Shown one piece after another: positions 12,770 to 22,965 of a stretch of 64,000 nucleotides of DNA. The position numbers and the translations under genes were made by a program. Each line of letters starts with the position of its first letter. Position 1 is the stretch's first letter. The DNA is from an uncultured bacterium (GTDB lineage Bacteria; Zixibacteria; MSB-5A5; GN15; FEB-12): assembly GCA_965372795.1 (NCBI GenBank), contig CBDVDR010000003.1:160001-224000 (forward strand), written 5' to 3'. Below the pieces are notes generated by a model. The model did no database searches. It was given only the letters and a program-made list of their open reading frames with translations, and was not told the DNA's origin.

Positions 12770-13870
12770 ATGGAAGAGGCTAAAAAATACACTATAGTTC
12801 TTGATGTTATGGGTTCTGATAACAAAGAAGAACCTATAATTTTGGGCGGTGTCGAAGCTGCGAGGCAGATTGGTGAATCGCTTGAACTGATCCTGGTAGG
12901 TCAGCAGGATTCAATCAATAAAGTTCTGTCTGGGATTAATAATGTCCCTAAAAATATTTCTGTTCTGCACGCTGAAACGGTCGTACCAATGACTAGTTCG
13001 GCTACCGAAGGTGTTCGGATGCGTGACAGCTCGATTAGTGTCGGACTGAAATGTATAAAAAAGAATAACTATGACGGCTTTGTCTCTCCGGGAAATACCG
13101 GAGCAGTCATGGCCACTTCTTTGCTCACTTTGGGACGTATAGAAGGAGTCAGTCGCCCTGCTATAACAGCTGTCTTTCCAACTTCAACCGGAAAACCTGC
13201 TGTTGTTTTAGATGTCGGCGCGAATGCGGATTGTAAACCAATGCATATCTCCCAGTTTGCAGTAATGGGATCTGTTTATTATTCCACGGTCTTCAACCAT
13301 GAAAATCCTCGTGTCGGTCTTGTCTCGATTGGTGAAGAACGGAGCAAAGGAAACGAGCTTATTTTTAATGCCCGGGAATTATTAAAAGGTTCTAAAATTA
13401 ATTTTGTGGGTAATATTGAAGGTCGGGATATATTATCAGGTGATGTTGATGTCGCTGTAACTGACGGATTCACCGGTAATATTTTATTAAAGTTTGCTGA
13501 ATCCATCAAACCATTATTGGTCGATTCAATTCAGCGACAAATTCAAACAAATATATTTTCTCGGATGGGAGTAGTTTTACTTCTTCCATTTATGAAACGG
13601 ATGCGAAATTTATTCGCCTATGAACGATGGGGAGGAGCCCCGCTTTTAGGTGTTAATGGTATTGTTATTATTTGCCATGGCTCTTCAAATTCAACTGCAA
13701 TTTGCAATGCTGTGAAAGCCGCCTTTGAAATGGCAGCAAAGAAAATCAAACAACGTATTCATGATGAATTAATCACAAATCATTTTGGACAAAATAATGG
13801 ATCAAAAGATAAGAGCCAGAATAATCGGAACGGGTTCATATGCTCCTCCGCAACGGATGACAAACGCTGA
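12770..13870 (+). CDS. plsX: Phosphate acyltransferase
   Basis: DVMGSD, GNTGA, LDVGAN, DGFTGN and HGSS motifs. Confidence 0.96.
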   Translation: MEEAKKYTIVLDVMGSDNKEEPIILGGVEAARQIGESLELILVGQQDSINKVLSGINNVPKNISVLHAETVVPMTSSATEGVRMRDSSISVGLKCIKKNNYDGFVSPGNTGAVMATSLLTLGRIEGVSRPAITAVFPTSTGKPAVVLDVGANADCKPMHISQFAVMGSVYYSTVFNHENPRVGLVSIGEERSKGNELIFNARELLKGSKINFVGNIEGRDILSGDVDVAVTDGFTGNILLKFAESIKPLLVDSIQRQIQTNIFSRMGVVLLLPFMKRMRNLFAYERWGGAPLLGVNGIVIICHGSSNSTAICNAVKAAFEMAAKKIKQRIHDELITNHFGQNNGSKDKSQNNRNGFICSSATDDKR

Positions 13871-14786
13871 CTTAGAAAAATTAGTAGATACAACTGATGA
13901 ATGGATTACTTCCCGAACCGGTATTAAGGAACGGCGAATCGCTGATAAAAATACATCATGTTCGGATCTGGCGGTTGAAGCCTGCAAAAATGCTCTTGAA
14001 ATGGCAAAGGTTGCCAACGAAGATATTGACTTACTGATTTGCGGAACGGTTACACCGGATTATCGTCTGCCGTCTAACGCTTGTGTGATACAGGAAAAAC
14101 TCGATCTGCCCAATGCTGCTGCCTTTGATGTGGTTGCCGCTTGCACCGGATTTATTACCGGTCTGTCGATGGCTGATAGTTTTATTCGATCAGGGAAGTA
14201 TCAAAAAATTCTGATTGTAGGAGTTGAGAAACTTTCAACTATTACAAATTATACGGATCGTAACACCTGCATCCTTTTTGGCGATGCCGCCGGAGCGGCT
14301 GTTATAAGTGCGGAAAAAACTGATCGAGGCATACAATCTACATTTTTACGGTCAAATGGTAAAATGAGAGAACTGCTTTGGATTAAAGCCGGTGGTTCGG
14401 CTTATCCGATTGATTCTGATTTTGAATTTGACGGTTCTGACAAAGTCTTAATGACCGGTGGCGATGTTTTCAAAGTTGCTGTTCGCGAAATGGGTAATGC
14501 TGCTAAAGAGGTGCTCAAACAGGCTGGAGTCGATCCATCAGAAATTTCTTTGATAATTCCTCATCAGGCAAATATTCGGATTATTGAAGCCTTGACAAAG
14601 AGATTGAAAATTGACAAAGATAAAGTTTATTTGAATATTGATAAATATGGAAATACATCGGCTGCCTCTGTACCCCTGGCACTTGATGAAGTCAATCGGC
14701 AGGGTTTAATCAAAGAAAACGACTATGTTTTAATGGTCGCTTTTGGAGGTGGTTTGATATGGGGTTCAGCACTAATTAAATGGTAA
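13797..14786 (+). CDS. fabH: 3-oxoacyl-ACP synthase III
   Basis: AACTGF, PHQAN and GNTSAAS catalytic motifs; ATG at 13797. Confidence 0.97.
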   Translation: MDQKIRARIIGTGSYAPPQRMTNADLEKLVDTTDEWITSRTGIKERRIADKNTSCSDLAVEACKNALEMAKVANEDIDLLICGTVTPDYRLPSNACVIQEKLDLPNAAAFDVVAACTGFITGLSMADSFIRSGKYQKILIVGVEKLSTITNYTDRNTCILFGDAAGAAVISAEKTDRGIQSTFLRSNGKMRELLWIKAGGSAYPIDSDFEFDGSDKVLMTGGDVFKVAVREMGNAAKEVLKQAGVDPSEISLIIPHQANIRIIEALTKRLKIDKDKVYLNIDKYGNTSAASVPLALDEVNRQGLIKENDYVLMVAFGGGLIWGSALIKW

Positions 14787-14789
14787 CCT

Positions 14790-15722
14790 ATGAGTAAAAC
14801 TGCATTATTATTCCCGGGTCAGGCATCTCAGTATGTCGGCATGGGACAGGATTTATATAACGCTTCATCTGAAGTAAAAAAATTGTATGAAATAGCCTCC
14901 GATGCTATGAGCTTTGATATTGCCAAATTGTCATTTGAGGGACCGGCGGAAGAATTAAAACGAACCCGCTTCACCCAGCCGGCAATATTGCTTCATTCTC
15001 TGGCTGTTTTAACCTTCTTAAAAGATTCGATGCCTTCTTTTGATTTTGCCTGTGGTCATTCTCTGGGTGAATATTCGGCTCTGGCAGCAGTTGGTGCTTT
15101 GAGTTTTGAGGATGCCATCAAAGCTGTGGTTGAAAGAGCTTCATTGATGGAAAAAGCCTGTCAGGAAAATAAAAGCACGATGGCTGCGATCATCGGGCTG
15201 AATGAAGAAAAAATTGTAGAAGTTTGTAAAAAAGCTTCTGAGAAAGGTATTGTAGTTCCGGCTAATTTTAATTCATCGACTCAAATTGCTATTTCTGGAT
15301 CGTTTGAGGCTGTTGAAGCGGCAACGGTTATCGCTAAAGAGATTGGTGCCAAGCGCGCTATGTTGCTTGAAGTTGGCGGAGCCTTTCACTCTCCATTGAT
15401 GGAATCGGCCAAAAGTAAAATGGAAGAATTCCTTAATAATATTACTATCAATAACCCTACTGTGCCAATTATTGCAAATGTGACTGCACAACCGGTAACC
15501 GATGCCCGGGAAATCAAAAAATTATTAGTCGAACAGATTACTTCTCCGGTAAAATGGGCACAAACTATGAATATTCTTGTTAGTAATGAAGTATCACAAA
15601 TAATTGAAATAGGACCCGGTAAAGTTCTTTCAGGGCTTGCAAAGCGAGACATGAAACCGGAACAATCGACCAGTTTGGATAAACTTGAAGATGTCGAAAC
15701 CTTTTCGGCAGCTTTAACGTAA
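14790..15722 (+). CDS. fabD: Malonyl-CoA:ACP transacylase
   Basis: FPGQ, GHSLGE and AFHS motifs. Confidence 0.97.
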   Translation: MSKTALLFPGQASQYVGMGQDLYNASSEVKKLYEIASDAMSFDIAKLSFEGPAEELKRTRFTQPAILLHSLAVLTFLKDSMPSFDFACGHSLGEYSALAAVGALSFEDAIKAVVERASLMEKACQENKSTMAAIIGLNEEKIVEVCKKASEKGIVVPANFNSSTQIAISGSFEAVEAATVIAKEIGAKRAMLLEVGGAFHSPLMESAKSKMEEFLNNITINNPTVPIIANVTAQPVTDAREIKKLLVEQITSPVKWAQTMNILVSNEVSQIIEIGPGKVLSGLAKRDMKPEQSTSLDKLEDVETFSAALT

Positions 15723-15731
15723 GGATTTAAA

Positions 15732-16466
15732 ATGGATTTTACCAATAAAACGGTTGTTGTAACCGGATCAGGGCGAGGTATAGGGCGAACAATTGCCGAA
15801 AGTTTTGCTGCTAAAAATGCCAATGTTGTCATAAGTGACCTTGATACTGACCTGATTAATAAGGTCGCCGCTGAAATTGGTGGCAATACTATCGCTATTA
15901 AGGCAAATGTGACTGAAAATGCCGATTTAGAGAATCTTTTTACCAAAACCAAAGAAAAATTTGGCTCTTTAGACGTTTTAATCAATAATGCCGGAATTAC
16001 ACGGGATACTTTAATGATTCGAATGGATGAAAAAGATTGGGATATGGTACTTGACATAAATCTTAAAGGTGCTTTTCTTGCCACAAAATTAGCGGCCAGG
16101 ATTATGATGAAACAACGCTCGGGAAAAATTGTAAATATTAGCTCGGTTGTTGGACTGATGGGGAATGCCGGTCAAACGAATTATTCGGCAAGTAAAGCCG
16201 GACTGATCGGATTCACAAAATCTGCCGCCCGCGAACTTGGTTCCCGCGGTATAAATGTTAATGCAGTTGCTCCCGGTTTTATTCTAACCGAGATGACTGA
16301 TAAACTTAGTGATGAAGCAAAGGATGCTTTTTTAAAAAATATTAGTATTAAACGCCCCGGCACTCCGCAGGATATCGCTTCGGCTGTTATGTTTTTAGCT
16401 TCGGAGGAAGCTTCTTACGTGACCGGCCAGGTTCTTGCCATTGACGGCGGCTTAACAATGCAATAA
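15732..16466 (+). CDS. fabG: 3-oxoacyl-ACP reductase
   Basis: [16 protein letters not shown] and YSASK; fab operon context. Confidence 0.96.
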   Translation: MDFTNKTVVVTGSGRGIGRTIAESFAAKNANVVISDLDTDLINKVAAEIGGNTIAIKANVTENADLENLFTKTKEKFGSLDVLINNAGITRDTLMIRMDEKDWDMVLDINLKGAFLATKLAARIMMKQRSGKIVNISSVVGLMGNAGQTNYSASKAGLIGFTKSAARELGSRGINVNAVAPGFILTEMTDKLSDEAKDAFLKNISIKRPGTPQDIASAVMFLASEEASYVTGQVLAIDGGLTMQ

Positions 16467-16494
16467 AATAATTACTATAACAAGGAGACTAAAC

Positions 16495-16731
16495 ATGTCA
16501 ATCGAAGACAGAGTAAAAGAAATTATCGTTGAACAGCTTGGCGTAGATGTAGGTCAGGTAACTGAAAAAGCTAAATTTGTTGAGGATCTTGGCGCTGATT
16601 CTCTAGATACAGTAGAATTAGTTATGGCATTAGAAGAAGAATTTTCAATTGAAATTCCGGATGAAGATGCTGAAAAAATCACCTCTGTCGGTGACGCCGT
16701 AACTTACATTAACGAACATCAAACTAATTAA
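16495..16731 (+). CDS. acpP: Acyl carrier protein
   Basis: DLGADSLD motif. Confidence 0.98.
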   Translation: MSIEDRVKEIIVEQLGVDVGQVTEKAKFVEDLGADSLDTVELVMALEEEFSIEIPDEDAEKITSVGDAVTYINEHQTN

Positions 16732-16749
16732 TATATTTCTGAGATAATT

Positions 16750-17997
16750 ATGGAACATAGAGCCGTAGTAACAGGATTAGGGGTCGTTTCCCCCTTAGGA
16801 TGCACTCTTGACGATTTCTGGAACGGTTTACTTGAAGGTAAATCAGGAGTTGGTCAGGTTACCAAATTTGATGTAACTGAGTTTTCGACAAAAATTGCTG
16901 CCGAAGTTTCAAACTTCGACGGCTCTATGTATATCCAAAAGAAAGAAATTCGCCGTTTGGATATGTCAGAGCAATATGCAATTGTTGCTTCTGAAGAAGC
17001 TGTAAAAGATTCAGGCTTGGATTTGGAAAAACTTGATCTTGATCGCTGTGGAGTTGTTATAGGTTCCGGTATCGGTGGTATCGGTACTTTTGAAAAGCAA
17101 CACAGTTTGCTTGAAAAATTCGGACCAGGTAAGGTCTCTCCATTCTTCATTCCCATGATGATTATCGATATGTGTGCCGGAATGGTATCTATCCGTTTTG
17201 GATTCAGAGGTCCTAACTATGCCACCGTATCAGCCTGCGCTTCTTCATCACACGCTATTTTAGATGCTATGAGAATTATCCAAAGAGGTGAAGCTGATGT
17301 GATAATTTCCGGCGGTTCCGAAGCAACTATTACTCCAACTGCCTTAGCAGGATTTTGCCAGGCAAGAGCTTTATCAACGCGAAACGATGATCCCCAAAAG
17401 GCTTCTCGTCCGTTTGATGTGGATCGAGATGGTTTTGTCATGGGTGAAGGTTCAGGGATTTTAATTGTTGAATCGCTGGAACATGCCCAGGCAAGAGGTG
17501 CCAGGATTTATGCTGAATTACTTGGTGCTGGAATGACAGCTGATGCTTATCATATGACCGCACCTCATCCGGAAGGTCTTGGGGCGATAAAAGCTATGGA
17601 AAAAGCTTTAATTGATGCCAAATTAAATTGCAATCAAATTGACTATGTCAATACTCATGGAACCTCAACCCCGCTTGGGGATGTTGCTGAAACAAAAGCT
17701 GTAAAAAATGTACTGGGTGACCATGCTAATTCAATCGTTATTAATTCAACAAAATCTATGATAGGCCATCTTTTAGGAGCTGCCGGAGCTATTGAAGCTG
17801 TGGCTACAATTAAATCGATTGAAACTGGTTTCGTTCATCCGACTATAAATCTGGATAACCCTGATCCACAGTGCGACCTTGATTATGTTCCACATACCAA
17901 GAGAGAGAAGGATGTATCTTACGCATTAACTAATTCGTTTGGTTTTGGAGGACATAACGTCTCGCTGGCGATCGGCAAGGCTAACGGCATTGATTAA
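16750..17997 (+). CDS. fabF: 3-oxoacyl-ACP synthase II
   Basis: SACAS, HGTST, GHLLGA and NSFGFGG motifs. Confidence 0.97.
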   Translation: MEHRAVVTGLGVVSPLGCTLDDFWNGLLEGKSGVGQVTKFDVTEFSTKIAAEVSNFDGSMYIQKKEIRRLDMSEQYAIVASEEAVKDSGLDLEKLDLDRCGVVIGSGIGGIGTFEKQHSLLEKFGPGKVSPFFIPMMIIDMCAGMVSIRFGFRGPNYATVSACASSSHAILDAMRIIQRGEADVIISGGSEATITPTALAGFCQARALSTRNDDPQKASRPFDVDRDGFVMGEGSGILIVESLEHAQARGARIYAELLGAGMTADAYHMTAPHPEGLGAIKAMEKALIDAKLNCNQIDYVNTHGTSTPLGDVAETKAVKNVLGDHANSIVINSTKSMIGHLLGAAGAIEAVATIKSIETGFVHPTINLDNPDPQCDLDYVPHTKREKDVSYALTNSFGFGGHNVSLAIGKANGID

Positions 17998-18738
17998 ATG
18001 AGTCTACGGAAAAAAATTAAAGCCCTCTTCAAAGGGTATAAAAATTCCGATCAGGAACTTATTAAAAAAACGCAAGAGATTATCGGGTATACTTTCAGAG
18101 ATGAATCTCTTTTAATTTTATCTCTAACTCATAGATCTTTTACCAGAGCAACAAATGTATCGCATCCCGCCAACGAACGTCTGGAATTTTTAGGTGATTC
18201 GGTGCTGGGAATGGTTATTTCCCACAAACTATTTGAAGATCACCCCGAACTTCGAGAAGGTGAATTAACCAAAATCAAAGCTATGATGGTTAATGAGACG
18301 ACTCTTTCTAATATAGGCAAAAAAATCGGGCTTAATCAGTGTATTCTTATGTCCCCGGAAGAAGAACGCTCAGGCGGGCGCGAACGACCCTCTATTATTT
18401 CTGATGCTTTTGAGTCTGTACTGGGTGCTGTTTTTTTAGATGGAAATCTAAATCCGGCGCGGGATGTCATTCTTCACCTGCTTTATACAAACAAAATTGA
18501 TATCTTATCTGATATTTCACAAAAAAATTACAAAGGCGAGCTTCTGGAAGCTGTTCAAGCTATGGGGGAAGGGATGCCTCGTTATGATGTTGTTAGCGAA
18601 GAAGGTCCCGATCACGATAAAACCTTCAACCTTGAAGTCATTGTATCCAATAAAAAAATTGGCCAAGGTTCGGGCTTTACTAAAAAAGAAGCTGAACAAA
18701 AAGCTGCCGCTATGGCACTCCAATATTTAAAAAAATAA
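17998..18738 (+). CDS. rnc: Ribonuclease III
   Basis: NERLEFLGDS signature plus a C-terminal dsRBD. Confidence 0.97.
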   Translation: MSLRKKIKALFKGYKNSDQELIKKTQEIIGYTFRDESLLILSLTHRSFTRATNVSHPANERLEFLGDSVLGMVISHKLFEDHPELREGELTKIKAMMVNETTLSNIGKKIGLNQCILMSPEEERSGGRERPSIISDAFESVLGAVFLDGNLNPARDVILHLLYTNKIDILSDISQKNYKGELLEAVQAMGEGMPRYDVVSEEGPDHDKTFNLEVIVSNKKIGQGSGFTKKEAEQKAAAMALQYLKK

Positions 18739-18897
18739 TTAAATCTATCATATTCTCGTATAATCTTTTATAAAGTTTTTTATTGACATAAATTGACCAT
18801 GTTGTGAAATTTATAAGTTAATTAGATTCCTTTATAAGATTGTTATATTAATGAAGTACCCTATAACCGTCAAACCTATTTAAGGGAGATTTATTCA

Positions 18898-19263
18898 ATG
18901 CGTAGAACTGCAAGAAAAGCAGCGCCAAGGAAGACGACGCGCAAAGCAACCACAAGAAAGGCTAAAAGACCGGCTACACGTCCGGGAGCTAAAGCCTGGA
19001 CAACAGCGGAAGCTGCCAATTTGAAAAAGATGTACAAGACCAGAACTGCAACTCAGATTGCTAAAACTTTGAGAAGGTCTCTGTCATCGGTCAAATCAAA
19101 ATGCCGTGCCATGGGTTTGAGAAAAACCATTGTGGCTAAAAAGGCTGCTCCAAAAAGAAAAACTACAACTCGTAAAGCTGCTCCAAAACGGAGAACAACA
19201 GCTCGCAAAGCAGCCCCGAAACGGAAAACTGCCAAGAGAAAAGCGGTTAAACGTCGTCGTTAG
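18898..19263 (+). CDS. Highly basic histone-H1-like protein with central Myb/SANT-like HTH; candidate nucleoid protein
   Basis: K/R/A/T/P-rich tails with KAAP[KR] repeats flank WT..E...L..MY......IA..L.RS..SV..K...MGL. One acidic residue in 121 aa. Has an AAGGGAG RBS and its own terminator. Confidence 0.8.
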   Translation: MRRTARKAAPRKTTRKATTRKAKRPATRPGAKAWTTAEAANLKKMYKTRTATQIAKTLRRSLSSVKSKCRAMGLRKTIVAKKAAPKRKTTTRKAAPKRRTTARKAAPKRKTAKRKAVKRRR

Positions 19264-19284
19264 ATTTGGTAGTATTTGTTTTTG

Positions 19285-19312
19285 AAAAAGCCCGCAATAG
19301 CGGGCTTTTTTT
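19285..19312 (+). terminator. Intrinsic terminator
   Basis: AAAAAGCCCGC-AATA-GCGGGCTTTTTTT. Confidence 0.9.
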
Positions 19313-19405
19313 ATTGGAATACATTTATTTAGCCTCTCTTGACAACAACCCCCCATTTCACCATATTGTGCTTTAATTTTACGTTAATGACTGACAGGAG
19401 TTGTA

Positions 19406-20191
19406 ATGAATATAGTTGTCTTGGTAAAGCAGGTTCCCGAAATCGCACTGATTAAAGTTGATGAAGCTGCTAACGAAGTGGTTCTGCCACAGGGTCCCGG
19501 AACAGTTAATCCGCAGGATGAATACGCTGTCGAAGAAGGGTTGCGTCTAAAAGAAAAAAACGGTGGAAATTGTGTCGTGATGACCGTTGGAACCGAACGC
19601 GCCGAATCAGCTCTTCGCGACTGTCTGGCTCTTGGAGTTGACGATGCCTATCTGCTTTGCGATGAAGCTTTTAACAAATCCGATCCGCAGGCAACCGCAA
19701 AGATTTTAGCGGCCGGTCTCAAAAAACTTGAGAGTTTTGATCTGATCCTCGCCGGTAAACAAGCGATTGACACTGACTCTGCTCAGGTTCATGGTGCCGT
19801 AGCCGCCAATATGGATATTCCTCAGGCAATGTTTGTTAGAAAAGTTGAATCTATAGAAAATGGCAAAGCAACTGTCCATCGGATTACCGAAGAAGGCTAT
19901 GATGTCGTCGAATTGAACCTGCCGGCTTTGATTTCAGTTGTAAAGGAAATCAACGAACCGCGCCTTCCATCTCTAAAAGGTAAAATGGGAGCCAAAAAGA
20001 AAATCATCACAAAATGGTCTGCTTCTGATCTTGAAATTGATACTTCCTCATTAGGATTGAACTCCGGTACTAAAACTGTCAAAGTTGCCCCGCCGCCTCC
20101 TCGGCCATCGGGTGAGATGATTGAAGGTGAAACGCCTGAAGAAATCGCTGATAATCTTTTTGATAAACTTCGTGAAAAGAAAATAATCTGA
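19406..20191 (+). CDS. etfB: Electron transfer flavoprotein beta subunit
   Basis: VKQVP, NPQDEYAVE, GKQAIDTD and NEPRLPS motifs. Confidence 0.95.
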   Translation: MNIVVLVKQVPEIALIKVDEAANEVVLPQGPGTVNPQDEYAVEEGLRLKEKNGGNCVVMTVGTERAESALRDCLALGVDDAYLLCDEAFNKSDPQATAKILAAGLKKLESFDLILAGKQAIDTDSAQVHGAVAANMDIPQAMFVRKVESIENGKATVHRITEEGYDVVELNLPALISVVKEINEPRLPSLKGKMGAKKKIITKWSASDLEIDTSSLGLNSGTKTVKVAPPPPRPSGEMIEGETPEEIADNLFDKLREKKII

Positions 20192-20203
20192 TAAATTATT
20201 TAT

Positions 20204-20229
20204 AAAAGCCGCCCTTTGGCGGCTTTTTT
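20204..20229 (+). terminator. Intrinsic terminator after etfB
   Basis: AAAAGCCGCC-CTTT-GGCGGCTTTTTT. Confidence 0.85.
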
Positions 20230-20240
20230 ATTGGAGTAAT

Positions 20241-20609
20241 ATGCTAATTAGAAAACTAAATGATTGCCCCGAAATTATTGCCGCCGATAAAACTATTTTA
20301 AGGGAATTACTTCACCCTGATCGGGATTATCCTTTCACCGCAAGATATTCACTGGCTCATGCTTTAATTCCAACCGGAAATAGCTCGATTAAACATATTC
20401 TCAAATCGAGTGAAGTGTATTATATCCTGAAAGGGAATGGAATCATGCATATTGATGAGGATTTTTCACCCGTGGAAAAGGGTGATTCGTTTGAAATCCC
20501 TCCAAATTCTGTCCAATGGCTTGAGAATAAAGGTGATTGTGATCTGGAATTTCTCTGTCTTGTCAATCCTGCCTGGAAAAAAGAAGATGAATCAATCAAA
20601 ATCGACTGA
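20241..20609 (+). CDS. Cupin domain protein
   Basis: H....E.YYIL.G.G...IPP...Q.LEN cupin motifs. Confidence 0.88.
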   Translation: MLIRKLNDCPEIIAADKTILRELLHPDRDYPFTARYSLAHALIPTGNSSIKHILKSSEVYYILKGNGIMHIDEDFSPVEKGDSFEIPPNSVQWLENKGDCDLEFLCLVNPAWKKEDESIKID

Positions 20610-20659
20610 TTGAAAATCATATAATTGACAATTGTATTAAATTACCGATATATTACAGT

Positions 20660-22912
20660 ATGATTCAAGGAATGAATACAGTTACAAAGAGGATAATTTT
20701 TTCAGCAATTATTCTATTCCTGCTTTTAGCGCCAATTGCTTCAAATGCCGGAAATGCTGATCCCTATAAATATTCCCTGTGTGATATTCGGGTTTTGTAT
20801 GTCTATGAAAACTCCGAACAAATTGACTGGGCTTCAATATTTTATCTTAATGATAAATATGGCTGTCGGGTGGATCTGTTAAATATCAAGCTGGGCTCTA
20901 AATTAGATAGAACCGCATCCGGAATTCCTGATAAAGAGATATATCTTAATGTCATAACAGTAAATGCTGATGATTCAAGCTGGACAAAAAAACTTGCCAA
21001 AGATCTTTTCACATCTCGAAAACCTGACATTGTAATATTTGGATCAGCCGCCAACAATCAAACCAAAGAATTTAAAAAATATATTCTGGAACTAAAGAAA
21101 ACACCGAGAGAATATTTTGGGATTCGCAAAGTTTATGAATTTTCTAACAATCCCAAATCAGAACTCGAAAGCAACCGGCGTTCAATAACTCTAAGCCATC
21201 GTGAATTGTTGAATCGCTATCATGATAGAATAGAATACGAAGTCCCCAATTTATTCCCGTTTTATAAAATAGACGAATTTGGAAATAACAATCAAGGGCG
21301 GTACATCCTACTAAAGAATAATATCAGATCTGCTTTTGATGAAGTTGATTTTCTTTCCGGTCTTGAAAGAATCCGTTTGATAGATGCTATAAATACAATT
21401 TTTCAAGCCGGTCCAAAAAAGAGCACTCTTCATAAACAGGCAACAAGATTCATTTCATTTTTTAACCTGTCCCGTAACAGTATAAATCCGAAAAAAACTG
21501 AACTGTTAATTGATGGTTATCGTGAATTGGATAATCTTGTTCATGAGCAAAATTTTGGTGCCGAGGCAGAAGCGATAGTTGATTTTATTCCTTATCTGAA
21601 TGAATTATTCAATCGGGTTGAAAATGTCGTTTTAAATGTAATCGGTATAAATTGGGAAGGAAAAATATTCCTTCGTGATTCTCCTCATGGTCCCAAAGCG
21701 AAAATAAGAGTGATCCTATCGGTCGACAGCCCGCTTGATGTTAAATTAAGAAGATTAGTGTTCCACCCCTATTGGGATACTACCCGGGTTATGCTTAGTG
21801 ATGAACCAATAAAAATATCACCGCATCAGAGTTTCGAAAGAGAATATCTGGTCGATATTGATCGTCAATACCTTGAAGCAAACCAGCCGGAATCACTTCT
21901 TTTTTCAGCCGATATTATTTACCGTAAAAATATTATGACCTTTAGAAACAGCTTACCCGTTTGGGAGGCTCCTCACTTAAGCGTCAGTTTTATTCCTGAT
22001 TTTCAATTTATACCGCCATTTAAACAACTTGAAATTGATCGCGTCGTTACATCAATGAGAGTTCGAGTCAATATTACCAAACCGAAAAATTTTGCAGATA
22101 CGGTTAAACTGCATCTTGAAACTCCCCATGGTATGTTTGCCGGATCATATAAGTCTGTACATTACCTTGAAAAGGGAGTAACCCAGAAATCACTTAGCAT
22201 ACCATTTACAATTTCAAATCTATTCGAATTGGGAATCCAGCATCAGTATGTTAAATTAATTGTCGATAACCGCGAGATTGCAGTTGATACCGGATTGATA
22301 AGGATTGCGTCCTGTAAAATAGCTGATAATGTCAAAGTAGGTTTTCTGCCGGACACCACCGGTTTGCTGGAAGATATTCTACGGATGACTGATGCTGCTT
22401 ATCAACCCTTAACAGAACAAACATTACTGACCTATGATTTGAATGCTTACAATGTTATTGTTTTAGGTTCAGGGTCGTTTAGAAAATACCCCTCAATTCT
22501 AAGAATTAAAGGGCGGCTTGAAAATTATATTAGACAGGGTGGATCATTGGTTATTTTTGGTCAACCTGATGACTGGAGTGAGGGCGTTCTACCGGTCGGA
22601 TTTGTTCCCGCCGAAGAATATGTTTCAAAAGATGAAATAGTGAATCGAATCCCAGAGGCGAGGGTTTTATCCGGCAAATATCCTGTGTCTGATAAAAATC
22701 TATTCTCTTCATTTTATAAAAAGAAAAAGGTGAATTCAGCCGTCATATCTCCGGCGGAAGTTGTCTACAAAACCCCAAGCGGGGGAGCTTTGCTTTCAAT
22801 ATCGAGAATCGGTGATGGACAGATAATTTATTGCGGTTTACCTCTGCTGGAAATGATTACCCGACTTGACATTGACGCCATTCATCTATTTGCAAATCTT
22901 TTGAACTATTGA
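20660..22912 (+). CDS. Secreted protein resembling long LmbE/PIG-L family proteins, with degenerate catalytic motif and C-terminal GATase-like domain
   Basis: Signal peptide; C-terminal KVGFL...DLNAYNVIVLG...RLENYIRQGGSLVIFGQ; N-terminal RVLYVYENSEQ where AHPDDE is expected. Family assignment is from recall of the architecture. Confidence 0.5.
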   Translation: MIQGMNTVTKRIIFSAIILFLLLAPIASNAGNADPYKYSLCDIRVLYVYENSEQIDWASIFYLNDKYGCRVDLLNIKLGSKLDRTASGIPDKEIYLNVITVNADDSSWTKKLAKDLFTSRKPDIVIFGSAANNQTKEFKKYILELKKTPREYFGIRKVYEFSNNPKSELESNRRSITLSHRELLNRYHDRIEYEVPNLFPFYKIDEFGNNNQGRYILLKNNIRSAFDEVDFLSGLERIRLIDAINTIFQAGPKKSTLHKQATRFISFFNLSRNSINPKKTELLIDGYRELDNLVHEQNFGAEAEAIVDFIPYLNELFNRVENVVLNVIGINWEGKIFLRDSPHGPKAKIRVILSVDSPLDVKLRRLVFHPYWDTTRVMLSDEPIKISPHQSFEREYLVDIDRQYLEANQPESLLFSADIIYRKNIMTFRNSLPVWEAPHLSVSFIPDFQFIPPFKQLEIDRVVTSMRVRVNITKPKNFADTVKLHLETPHGMFAGSYKSVHYLEKGVTQKSLSIPFTISNLFELGIQHQYVKLIVDNREIAVDTGLIRIASCKIADNVKVGFLPDTTGLLEDILRMTDAAYQPLTEQTLLTYDLNAYNVIVLGSGSFRKYPSILRIKGRLENYIRQGGSLVIFGQPDDWSEGVLPVGFVPAEEYVSKDEIVNRIPEARVLSGKYPVSDKNLFSSFYKKKKVNSAVISPAEVVYKTPSGGALLSISRIGDGQIIYCGLPLLEMITRLDIDAIHLFANLLNY

Positions 22913-22965
22913 TCTGATAGGTTGTTAAATTCTTAATAAGCGGAATTGATTTTTTTGGAATATAG

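Noticed and set aside
15386..16084. 232-aa antisense ORF
   Set aside because: Shadow frame of fabD/fabG, as commonly seen opposite SDR genes.
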